In this document: piece after piece, positions 1 through 8,832 of the stretch
Layout of the letters: each line of letters starts with the position of its first letter
Numbering within the stretch: the stretch's first letter is position 1
Assembly (NCBI GenBank): GCA_046262595.1
Contig: JBHEMM010000009.1
Span: forward strand, 19,528 to 52,225
DNA: 32,698 nucleotides
Direction: 5' to 3'
Source of the DNA: Vulcanimicrobiaceae bacterium
GTDB lineage: Bacteria; Vulcanimicrobiota; Vulcanimicrobiia; Vulcanimicrobiales; Vulcanimicrobiaceae
Notes under the pieces: generated by a model
Seen by the model: only the letters and a program-made list of their open reading frames with translations
Database searches by the model: none
What the model was told of the DNA's origin: nothing
Position numbers and translations under genes: made by a program

Positions 1-375
1 AATCCGTACAGCTCGTTCTAGCCGGTCCACACCGCTACCTGGACTCACCATCGAATGCGCGAGCGTGTGCACCGGAACGCCGTGCTGCGCGCCCGTCAAG
101 CACAATACGCCTCGCGCGTGGCCCATCATGATCGCGGTCGACGGATTGCGGTATGTCGTATACAGTTCTTCGATAACCATCGCAGACGGACGCGTCGCAA
201 TGACGACGGCCGTCATGCCCTCGTGGAGATCATTCAGCCGGCGTTCCAGTGAATCTTTCGCGTTCGGACACACGAGTCCGGCTTCGACCAGATGCGGACG
301 GCCGGCGGTCACATCGATGACGCCGTAGCCCGTCGTGCGTAAGCCCGGATCCACGCCGAGGATGCGGACGGTCAT
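1..375 (-). CDS. ruvC: Crossover junction endodeoxyribonuclease RuvC (3' part missing at window edge)
   Basis: Not in the ORF track; translated by hand from ATG 375: MTVRILGVDPGLRTTGYGVID...AMVIEELY...GHARGV. This matches the RuvC ILGxDPG, IE and ARGV motifs. ATG overlaps the pknB stop (ATGA). Confidence 0.93.
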   Translation of the reverse strand, partial: MTVRILGVDPGLRTTGYGVIDVTAGRPHLVEAGLVCPNAKDSLERRLNDLHEGMTAVVIATRPSAMVIEELYTTYRNPSTAIMMGHARGVLCLTGAQHGVPVHTLAHSMVSPGSGVDRLERAVRI

Positions 376-2456
376 CGCCGCGGTTGCGACGGTTCGGGCG
401 TTCCCGGAACATTGAGATAGATGTTGATGGGTGTCGCTGGGTTGAGCTTGGTGCCGGCTTCGGGTTCCGTGCGGACCACTTTGCCGTCCGCGCCTTCTTG
501 CGTCGGCGTGACGTTGCCCAGTGTATAGCCGTAGTTCAGCAGCGTTTTCTTCGCATCGTCCAGCCCCATGCCGTCCGTGTCCGGGACGTAACCCGTCACG
601 GAAACCCAGAGCTGCACTTGCGATCCTTTTTCCGAGGACGTTCCGCCTTGCGGCTGTTCGTTGATGATCGTGCCGTTATCCGGCCCGGGCGGATTGAACG
701 CGTACGTCACGCCCACGTCGAAACCGGCGTCGCGCAATGCCGCCGAAGCCGTCACGTAGTCTTTGCCGCGCACATCCGGAATCTGCGTGAGTCCGCCGCC
801 TTTACTCACGACGACGTAGATCGTCGATCCGGCGTCGATCGTTTTTCCGGCGGCTGTCTCTTGCGAGGCGATGACGTGCGCGGGAATGTTGTTGATCGGC
901 GCCTCTTCGCTCACGCTCACCGTGAAGCCCAGCCGCTGCGCCGTCGCCTGCGCCGCGTCAAGGGTCATGCCGACGAGATTCGGAACCTTGACGGGCGCAG
1001 GCCCGTTCGAGACCACAAGCGTGACGGTTGAGCCTTCGCGCACTTTGGCCTCGGGCTTGGGTTTCTCGCTCAACACCGTGTCTTTAGGCAGCGCGTTGTA
1101 TTCGCGCACGACCTTGACTTGAATCCGGTCGCCGAGCAGATCCTTCTGCGCATCACCCAGCGTATATCCGGTCACGTCGCGCACACCGATGGTCGGTTTC
1201 CCGCTGCTGACGAGCAGCGTTATTGCGGCGCCTTTCTCGACAGCCGTTTCCGGCGCGGGATCTTGACGGATGACGTGATTGGGCGCAATCGAATCGCTGC
1301 TCGCGCGCGTGATCTTGTAGGAAAGGCCGGCGTTCACCAGTGCCTGCTGCGCCTGCACATCGCTCATCCCCACGTAGTTGTCCAGCTTGATCGGCGGCGC
1401 GCCGGTTTGCGGACGCGTCGCGAAGTACCCGGCCACGGCCGCAACGACGAGCGCAAAAACGAGCAGCAGCGCAAGCGGCGTCCAACCGCGCCGCACGGGC
1501 ACGTCGCCGCCGTCGTCGCGCAGCGCCGAGCGGTCCGGCATGCGCGACGGGCGCGCCGGCGGTTGGGGGATCGCGGAGATGCGCTGCGTTGCGGAATCGT
1601 CTTGCGCGCCGTAAGCCGCGACGCTCGGACGTTCGCGCGCTTCGCGCAATGCGCTGGCAACTTCGCTGGCGGATTGAAAGCGGTTTTCCGGCTGTTTTTG
1701 CAGGAGGCGGTTGACGATTGAGGACAGCGCCGGACTAACGCCGCTCGTGTGCGCATCGATGACCGGCACCGGTTCGGAAACGTGCTTGAGCGCAACCGTC
1801 ACGGGTGACTCGCCGGTATACGGGAGTTTTCCCGTGAGCATTTGATAGAGCACGACGCCGACACTGTAAAGGTCGGAGGTCTCGTGGAGCTGCATGTCCT
1901 GCGCCTGCTCCGGCGACATGTAATACACGCTTCCCATGATCAGGCCGGGCCTCGTCATCGCCATCGTTTGCTGCGACATCGCGCGCGCGATGCCGAAGTC
2001 CGAGAGCTTGACGACGTCGTCTTTGGTGATCAGGATGTTCGCCGGTTTGATGTCGCGGTGCAGCAGGCCCTGACGGTGCGCGTAAGCGAGACCGCTGCAG
2101 ATCTGCGCCGCGTAATCGATTGCGACCGGTTCCGGAAGTGTCCGGTCGGCTGCGACAATCTCGGCGAGCGAGGGGCCGTCTACGAGCTCCATGACGATGT
2201 AGTACGTGTTGCCTTCCCGGCCCACGTCGTACGTGTTCACGATGTTCGGATGGGAGAGCTTCGCTGCCGATTCCGCCTCTTGATAAAACCGGCGTACGAA
2301 CTCTTCGTCGCTGGCGAATTGTTCGCGCAGCACTTTGACGGCGACGCGGCGGCGCAGCAGCGTGTCGGTGCCCGAAAAAACCGTCGCCATGCCGCCCTCG
2401 CCGAGTTTGGCGTTCAGACGGTAGCGGTTGTTAAAAATCTGCTCGGGTTCGATCAG
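372..2456 (-). CDS. pknB: PASTA-domain Ser/Thr protein kinase (PknB/Stk1/PrkC family), five PASTA repeats
   Basis: VAVKVL, HRDIKPANILI, DFGIA, YMSPEQ and SDLYSVG motifs; one TM helix; five repeats of the type VPxxxG...VVSxG. The frame extends upstream of the track ATG (2390) to include RYRLNAKLGEGG, so the start is placed at CTG 2456. Confidence 0.95.
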   Translation of the reverse strand: MIEPEQIFNNRYRLNAKLGEGGMATVFSGTDTLLRRRVAVKVLREQFASDEEFVRRFYQEAESAAKLSHPNIVNTYDVGREGNTYYIVMELVDGPSLAEIVAADRTLPEPVAIDYAAQICSGLAYAHRQGLLHRDIKPANILITKDDVVKLSDFGIARAMSQQTMAMTRPGLIMGSVYYMSPEQAQDMQLHETSDLYSVGVVLYQMLTGKLPYTGESPVTVALKHVSEPVPVIDAHTSGVSPALSSIVNRLLQKQPENRFQSASEVASALREARERPSVAAYGAQDDSATQRISAIPQPPARPSRMPDRSALRDDGGDVPVRRGWTPLALLLVFALVVAAVAGYFATRPQTGAPPIKLDNYVGMSDVQAQQALVNAGLSYKITRASSDSIAPNHVIRQDPAPETAVEKGAAITLLVSSGKPTIGVRDVTGYTLGDAQKDLLGDRIQVKVVREYNALPKDTVLSEKPKPEAKVREGSTVTLVVSNGPAPVKVPNLVGMTLDAAQATAQRLGFTVSVSEEAPINNIPAHVIASQETAAGKTIDAGSTIYVVVSKGGGLTQIPDVRGKDYVTASAALRDAGFDVGVTYAFNPPGPDNGTIINEQPQGGTSSEKGSQVQLWVSVTGYVPDTDGMGLDDAKKTLLNYGYTLGNVTPTQEGADGKVVRTEPEAGTKLNPATPINIYLNVPGTPEPSQPRR

Positions 2457-3868
2457 GATGAGCTCCCGCGGTAAGCTTTTAAAGCGAGGTTTAACACGTT
2501 CCGTGCGATCGGCGCCGCGACCGCCGCTCCGTAGCCTGCGTTTTCGACGATCACCGCCACCGCCACGCGAGGGTTATTCGCCGGGGCGAAGCAGACGAAC
2601 CACGAATGCGGCAACCCCGAGGGGTTGGTCGCCGTTCCCGTCTTCCCGGCGACGATGACGCCCGGAAGACGCGCCGCCGTCCCCGTGCCTTCCTTGACGA
2701 CTGCGACCATCATGTTCTTCACATTTGCGGCGGTATCCGCCGATATGGGCGAGACGAGTTCGCCCGGGCCGAAAGTGGTGCCCGCGGCGCCCGGCGGCGT
2801 TACCTCACGCACGATGTACGGCCGCGGCTCGGTGCCTCCATTTGCGATCGTCGCCGCGAGCAGGGCAACGCGCAGCGGGGTAACGAGTAGGGCTCCCTGG
2901 CCGAAACCCATCTGCGCGAGCTCGCCGGGAAGCACCGCGCTTCGCGCCGGGACGCGATCGCGGGAAACCGGCAGTTGGAAGTCGAGCGGCCGCCCGATTC
3001 CCCAGCGGTCGACGTATTGATAAAACGCCGCACCGCCCATGCGCACGGCGATTTGGCCGAAGTCGACGTTACTCGAAAGCGCGAAGGCGCCGGTGAGATC
3101 TTGGACACCCGTCGCCTCGCCTTCGTCGTCGTGCAGCGTGAAGTCGCCGATTTGATAGTAGCCCGGATCGGAAAACGTCGATTGCATCGTCACCGAACCG
3201 CTCTCCAGCGCGGCTGACGCGGTGAAGATCTTGAACGTCGAGCCCGGCGGATACAGACCGTTTAAAGCGCGATCGAGCAGCGGGCTCTGCGGCGCATGCG
3301 CCAACCGTGGAAAGTCGGCCGCAAGCGCGTTCGGATCGAATCCCGGCACGCTTGTCATCGCCAAAACGGCGCCGCTGCGCGGGTCCAGAACGACGGCGGC
3401 ACCGCGCGAATACTGCGAAAGCTGCGCGTACAGCTCATTTTGAATCGCGGGAACGATCGTCGTGATCACATCCGCACCGCGCGGCGCACTGCGCTTCCCG
3501 CGCGCCGCTTGGGCGATGTCCGAAAGTTGCGCCCAAAAGCCGCCCGTCGTGTCAGCCGGAGTAAGCGCGCGATCGTAGGCGTCTTCCAAGCCGCTCGTGC
3601 CGTAGCGCGAACTGACGTAGCCGACGACATGCGCGAGCGAAGCGCCCTGAGAATACCGGCGCGTTCCGTTTACCGTTTGCGCGAGCACCGTACCGTCCGA
3701 GGCCAAGATCCGTCCGCGGTGTGCGGCCGTTAACGCATGCCGCGGATTGTACGGACGCGCGGCGATGGACGGCCGCATGACGATCTGCACGTATGCTTGA
3801 CGCACGGCCAGAATGACGAACATCGTCACAAAAAGCCGCTCGAGCTTTTCGAGCGTCGAAGTGCTCAA
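2453..3868 (-). CDS. pbpA: Class B penicillin-binding protein (PbpA-like transpeptidase)
   Basis: N-terminal TM; RGRILASDG; SxxK (PGSTFK), SxN (LSSNV) and KTG (GKTGT) motifs; directly upstream of pknB; TTG start overlaps the upstream stop (TTGA). Confidence 0.9.
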   Translation of the reverse strand: MSTSTLEKLERLFVTMFVILAVRQAYVQIVMRPSIAARPYNPRHALTAAHRGRILASDGTVLAQTVNGTRRYSQGASLAHVVGYVSSRYGTSGLEDAYDRALTPADTTGGFWAQLSDIAQAARGKRSAPRGADVITTIVPAIQNELYAQLSQYSRGAAVVLDPRSGAVLAMTSVPGFDPNALAADFPRLAHAPQSPLLDRALNGLYPPGSTFKIFTASAALESGSVTMQSTFSDPGYYQIGDFTLHDDEGEATGVQDLTGAFALSSNVDFGQIAVRMGGAAFYQYVDRWGIGRPLDFQLPVSRDRVPARSAVLPGELAQMGFGQGALLVTPLRVALLAATIANGGTEPRPYIVREVTPPGAAGTTFGPGELVSPISADTAANVKNMMVAVVKEGTGTAARLPGVIVAGKTGTATNPSGLPHSWFVCFAPANNPRVAVAVIVENAGYGAAVAAPIARNVLNLALKAYRGSSS

Positions 3869-4680
3869 CGTTCGCGTACCAAACTGTACCCGTCGGGCGT
3901 GCGAACGGCGATGTACGAACGTCCCTCGGCGGACCCGATAATCGCGTTGATCGTTTGATGCGCGACCTCGTCGTCGATCCGTGCGACGGCCATGATCACG
4001 TCCGCGCCTTCTTTTTCAAGCAGCTCCGGCGCGACATACGCCGGCGCGGGAAGCGTCTCAAAGTGGCGCTCCTCGATCGCATTGTTTCGCCACGGGCCTC
4101 GTTTACCAAAGACTTGGCGGTGATAATCCCACGCGCAGAGCGCGCGGTCTTTCCACAGGAAATGATCGCGAACGCACAAACGCCGGCACGCCGCGCAGGA
4201 CAGGATCGGCTCGGGCGCGTGAACGAGCGCGGCGGCGATCGCTTCAGGCAAATCTTCGAGGTTGAGCACGTTCTCGTCGTCCAGACGCAGCGGCGGTTCG
4301 ACGCGCCAATTGATGCGCGCGAGCAGTTCCAGGTCGCGCACGGGCGGAACGAACGAGAGCTCGTCCTCGGCGGGAAAGTTTGCATCGATCCAGTCGAGCA
4401 AACCGGAAAGATCGAGCGTCAAATTCTGCCGCGTGTTCGCGAGCACCGTGCCCAGCGGCGTCTGCGCGAGCGGAACGACGTGCGCGCTGACGCGATCTTC
4501 ATCCGCCAGCAGCGCGCTGGCGAAGGCGAGCGTCGTCGTATTACCGCCCAGAACGAATGCGGCTACGGCACCTTCGTCACTGTTTGCGCGAACCGGTATT
4601 CTTGTAACGTTCGAGGCGGCCCCGACGTGTTTTCGAGGGCCTCCGCCAGGGCGCGGGCCGTGTCCAGACTGGTTAGACAT
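3865..4680 (-). CDS. Hypothetical protein with a putative zinc finger (start uncertain, probably near 4566)
   Basis: Fills the gap between carB and pbpA, and its stop overlaps the pbpA start. Contains CAAC-x16-CAWD. The ATG at 4680 would overlap carB by 118 nt and gives a low-complexity N-terminus. Confidence 0.8.
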   Translation of the reverse strand: MSNQSGHGPRPGGGPRKHVGAASNVTRIPVRANSDEGAVAAFVLGGNTTTLAFASALLADEDRVSAHVVPLAQTPLGTVLANTRQNLTLDLSGLLDWIDANFPAEDELSFVPPVRDLELLARINWRVEPPLRLDDENVLNLEDLPEAIAAALVHAPEPILSCAACRRLCVRDHFLWKDRALCAWDYHRQVFGKRGPWRNNAIEERHFETLPAPAYVAPELLEKEGADVIMAVARIDDEVAHQTINAIIGSAEGRSYIAVRTPDGYSLVRER

Positions 4681-7626
4681 ACGATGCTTGCCTCCACCGC
4701 CGCCCGGCGGATGCGATAGTTGTCGCTCAGTTCTCTGGCGCCGAGCGCGTCGTTAATCACCAGGTCGACCGCGCGCTGCGAAATGAGGTCCAACACGTGC
4801 GGCGAGCCGTCACTGATCTTGTTGATTTGCGAACAGGGGATGCCTGCGGCCTGCAAGTATTCGCGCGTTCCCGGCGTGCCGATGAGTTCGTGCCCCAGCG
4901 CCACGTAGCGCCGCAGGATCGGAATCGATGCGTCCTTCTCCTCGTCCGCTATCGAGACGAGTACCTTGCCGCCTTCGCTGGGTACGCGCACGCCGGCGGC
5001 GATGAATCCTTTGCGCAGCGCGCCTGCAAACGTATCGTCGATGCCGAGCACCTCGCCGGTGGATTTCATCTCGGGCCCCAAAATCGTTTCGACGCCGCGC
5101 ATCTTCGCGAACGAAAATACCGGAATCTTCACGACCACGAACGGCGCGCGCGGCGTGAGACCGGTGCCGTACGGCATGTCGCGCAGGCGCTCGCCCAAAG
5201 CGATGCGCGTTGCGGCGGCAACGATGTTCACCCCGGTCGCTTTTTGAATGATCGGCACCGTACGGCTCGCGCGCGGGTTCGCCTCGATGATATAGAGCGA
5301 GCCTTCGTGAATGACGAACTGAATATTGATCAGGCCGCGGATCTGCAACTCCTGCGCGATGGACGCCGTCACGTCGACGATGCGCCGCTCCATCGCGCCG
5401 CCGATCGTTTGGCTGGGATAAACGCTGATCGAATCGCCGGAATGGATACCCGCGCGTTCGATGTGTTCGAAGATGCCAGGGATGAGAATATCGTAGCCGT
5501 CGAAGACGGCGTCCACTTCGACTTCCAGCCCGCGCAGATATTTATCGACCAGCAGCGGCGCATCGGGCAAAATCGGCGGCGCTGACTCGGCGTAACTGGC
5601 CAGCTGGCCCTCGTTGTAAACCACTTCCATTCCACGACCGCCCAGCACGTACGACGGACGCACGAGCACCGGAAAACCCAGCTCGCGGGCGATGGCGCGC
5701 GCTTCGCGGAACGAGCGCGCCGCTTTGCCCTGCGGACGCGCGACGCCCAGACGGCTGAGCGCCGCATCGAACTTCTCGCGATACGCCGCGGCGGCTCAGT
5801 TCGCGCGCAAGATTGATCGCGGTCTGCCCTCCGAACGCCAGCATCACGCCGCGCGCGTTCGTCGCGCGGTACGTCGCCTCCACTTCGTCGGCACCGGGCG
5901 GCTCGAACACGAGCACGTCGGAGATATCGAAATCGGTGGATACCGTTTCGGGATTATTGTTGATGACCACGGGCGAGCAGCCCGCCGCGCGAAGCGCCCA
6001 GGCCGCATGCACGCACGAATAGTCGAACTCGATGCCTTGTCCGATGCGGATCGGCCCGCTGCCCACCACCACGACGGCTTCATTCTTCGTCGGCCGCATC
6101 TCGTCGCGTTCACCGTGCGCGATGTAATAATACGGCGATTTCGCAGGAAACTCGGCAGCCGCCGTATCGACCATACGAAAGACGGTATCGCCCCGTCCAT
6201 GCGGCTGCGGCGGCGCCGACTCGTTTGCGACGATCTCTGCGATCTCCCAGAGCCAGAACGGATCGATCGCGCTGATCGCAGCGATGCGGGCGATCGCCGC
6301 GGCGGTATCGGCTGCGCGGCGCAGCACGTGGGCAACGGCGAAAAGCCGTTCATGGTTCGGTTTGGCGATCACCGCCTCGAGTTCCGCATCGGTCCATTGC
6401 GCGAGCACGCTGTCGGTCAACGTTTCGCGTTTGAGGTCGAGGCCGCGCACGGCTTTCATCAGCGATTCCTGAAAGGTGCGCGCGATGCCCATCGCTTCGC
6501 CGGTCGATTTCATCTGCGTGCCGAGGGAAGTGTCGGCGAGGGGAAACTTATCGAACGGCCAGCGAGGTATCTTTACGACGACGTAATCCAGCGTCGGTTC
6601 GTACGCCGCTTTCGTCACGCCCGTAACGGGGTTCGGTATCTCGTCGAGCGTCTGGCCGAGCGCGATGCGTGTGCTGATCTTTGCAATCGGATAACCCGTG
6701 GCTTTGCTCGCAAGCGCGGAGCTGCGCGATACGCGCGGGTTCACTTCGATGATGCGGTATTCGCTGCGCTCGGGATGCAGCGCGAACTGAATGTTGCAGC
6801 CGCCCTGCACGTTGAGCGCGCGGATGACGTTCAGACTCGAGGTACGCAGCATCTGATATTCGAGATCCGAAAGCGTCTGCGAAGGCGCGACGACGATTGA
6901 ATCGCCCGTGTGCACGCCGACCGGATCGATATTTTCCATGTTGCAGACGATGATGCAGTTGTTCGCGCGGTCGCGCAGCACTTCGTACTCGAGCTCTTTC
7001 CAACCGAGCAGTGACGTTTCCAGCAGCACTTGGTGGATCAAGCTTGCGGCAAGACCGCTGTCCAGCGTCTCGAGCATCTCGCGTTCGTCGTACACAATGC
7101 CGCCGCCGGTGCCGCCCAGCGTGTACGCCGGCCGCACGACCAGCGGATAGCCGTGCACGGCCGCAAACGCGAGGCCTTCTTCTTGCTTCGTGACGATGGC
7201 GCTCTGCGCAACGGGCTCGCCGATCTCGATCATCTTGGCTTTGAAAAGCTCGCGGTCTTCCGCGAGTTTGATCGTCTCGACCGGCGTGCCGAGCAGTTCG
7301 ACGCGGTAGCGGTCGAGGACACCGAGCTCGTGCAGCTCAACGGCAAGGTTTAGGCCGGTCTGGCCGCCGAGCGTCGGCAAGAGCGCATCGGGGCGTTCGC
7401 GTTGGATGATCGCTTCGAGCGACGTCGGCGTGAGCGGTTCCAAATACACCGCATCCGCGACCTCCGGATCCGTCATGATCGTCGCCGGGTTCGAGTTGAC
7501 GAGGACGACGCGGTGGCCTTCCTCACGCAAAGCGCGGCATGCTTGTACGCCGGCATAATCAAACTCTGCGGCTTGACCGATGACGATAGGCCCGGAGCCG
7601 ATAACGAGCAGGTTGCGTGGGGACAT
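4563..7626 (-). pseudogene. carB: Carbamoyl-phosphate synthase large subunit, frameshifted near 5781 (real lesion or assembly error)
   Basis: N-part from ATG 7626: [61 protein letters not shown]-part in another frame: REKFD...[34 protein letters not shown] and the MGS domain, ending at TAG 4563. Confidence 0.93.
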
Positions 7627-7769
7627 TTTACAGCGCCCTACGTTCGCAAAGGCTTCATGCCGAGCCTTTCGCCCGCTTCGCGCTCCCTTATTGACCCGTG
7701 ATGCGCCCGCGGGCAAGAGCGGCCCCACGATCCCTTCGCAACCGCCGGAGCGTGGTGTGCGTTAGCCGC

Positions 7770-8756
7770 TCAAAGCGGCGAAATCATCACTTGCTTCACG
7801 GAACCGTCTCGGCTTTGCGCTTGTTCGCGGTACCAATCCACCGTTTTGCGCAAACCTTCTTCAAAAGCGACCGACGGTTCGTAGCCGAGCGCTTCGCGCG
7901 CGGCCGAAATATCGGCAAGCGAATGTTTGACATCGCCGACGCGATCGGCGTCATAGATCGCCTCGCCGTCAAACCGCACGATCGTTTTCAAGAGCGCGAA
8001 GACGTCATTGAGCGAATAGCGCACACCGGTAGCGATATTGAACATGCGTCCGGCGACGCGATCCGCAGGAGCTTCGGTTGCGAGAAGATTCGCGCGCACG
8101 ACATTGTCGACGTACGTGAAATCTCGGCTCTGCGATCCGTCGCCGTTGATCGTCGGCGCGCTGCCCTCGAGCATGCGCGTGATGAATTTTGAGAGCACGC
8201 CCGAGTATTGGCTCGCCGCGTCTTGGCGCGGGCCGAAGACGTTAAAATAGCGCAGCGCAACGGTTTCCATGCCATAGACGCGATGGAACGAAGCGGCGTA
8301 TAACTCGCCGGCGAGCTTCTGCACCGCATACGGCGAGATCGGATTCGCCTTCATGTCTTCTCGTTTTGGAAGCGTCGGCGTGTTTCCGTATGCCGACGAC
8401 GAAGCCGCGTACACGAACCGTCTTACACCCGCGTCGCGCGCGGCAAGAAGCATGTTCATCGTTCCGTCGATGTTCGCGCGGTGCGAGGTGAGCGGATCGG
8501 CGATCGATTTTGGCACCGAGGGTATCGCAGCTTGATGCAGCACGTAGTCGACGCCGCGGCACGCTTCGATCAGCGCGTCGAGATCGGCAAGATCGATCTC
8601 GCGAAAATCGATCTGCTCGAGCACCGGCGCGAGGTTCTCGCGTTTGCCTGTTTTAAAGTTGTCCAGCCCGCGTACGTCCTCGCCGCGTTCGAGCAGGGCC
8701 CGCACGATTGCCGATCCGATAAAACCGGCGGCGCCGGTGACCAAATATGTTGCCAT
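7770..8756 (-). CDS. NAD-dependent NDP-sugar epimerase/dehydratase (WbpP/UDP-GlcNAc 4-epimerase-like extended SDR)
   Basis: TGAAGFIG Rossmann motif, HQAAIPSVPKS, YAASSSAYG, YxxxK (YAVQK), YFNVFGPRQD, GDGSQSRDFTYV. Confidence 0.9.
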   Translation of the reverse strand: MATYLVTGAAGFIGSAIVRALLERGEDVRGLDNFKTGKRENLAPVLEQIDFREIDLADLDALIEACRGVDYVLHQAAIPSVPKSIADPLTSHRANIDGTMNMLLAARDAGVRRFVYAASSSAYGNTPTLPKREDMKANPISPYAVQKLAGELYAASFHRVYGMETVALRYFNVFGPRQDAASQYSGVLSKFITRMLEGSAPTINGDGSQSRDFTYVDNVVRANLLATEAPADRVAGRMFNIATGVRYSLNDVFALLKTIVRFDGEAIYDADRVGDVKHSLADISAAREALGYEPSVAFEEGLRKTVDWYREQAQSRDGSVKQVMISPL

Positions 8757-8769
8757 TACTCTACAGCGG

Positions 8770-8775
8770 ATTGTA
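8770..8775 (-). promoter_or_regulatory. Candidate -10 element (TACAAT) for the epimerase gene
   Basis: TACAAT on the minus strand 13 nt upstream of ATG 8756, in the short gap after pdxH. Confidence 0.4.
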
Positions 8776-8832
8776 GCCGAAAAGGCTCTGATGGGACCAA
8801 GTGCCGCCGGGCCCGCAGCGCGGGGCCACTAG

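Noticed and set aside
5775..5790. Programmed ribosomal frameshift, or a natural two-gene split, in carB
   Set aside because: No slippery sequence; about 15 conserved codons are physically absent; the break falls inside the second ATP-grasp unit with no suitable restart.
5692..6900. 402-aa plus-strand ORF
   Set aside because: Antisense shadow of carB; Arg/His-rich with no recognisable motifs, as expected in GC-rich DNA.
7627..7728. Track N-terminal extension of carB (MGPLLPAG...)
   Set aside because: CarB homology starts at [12 protein letters not shown] (ATG 7626).
8805..8830. GC hairpin after pdxH as a terminator
   Set aside because: Imperfect stem and no U-tract.
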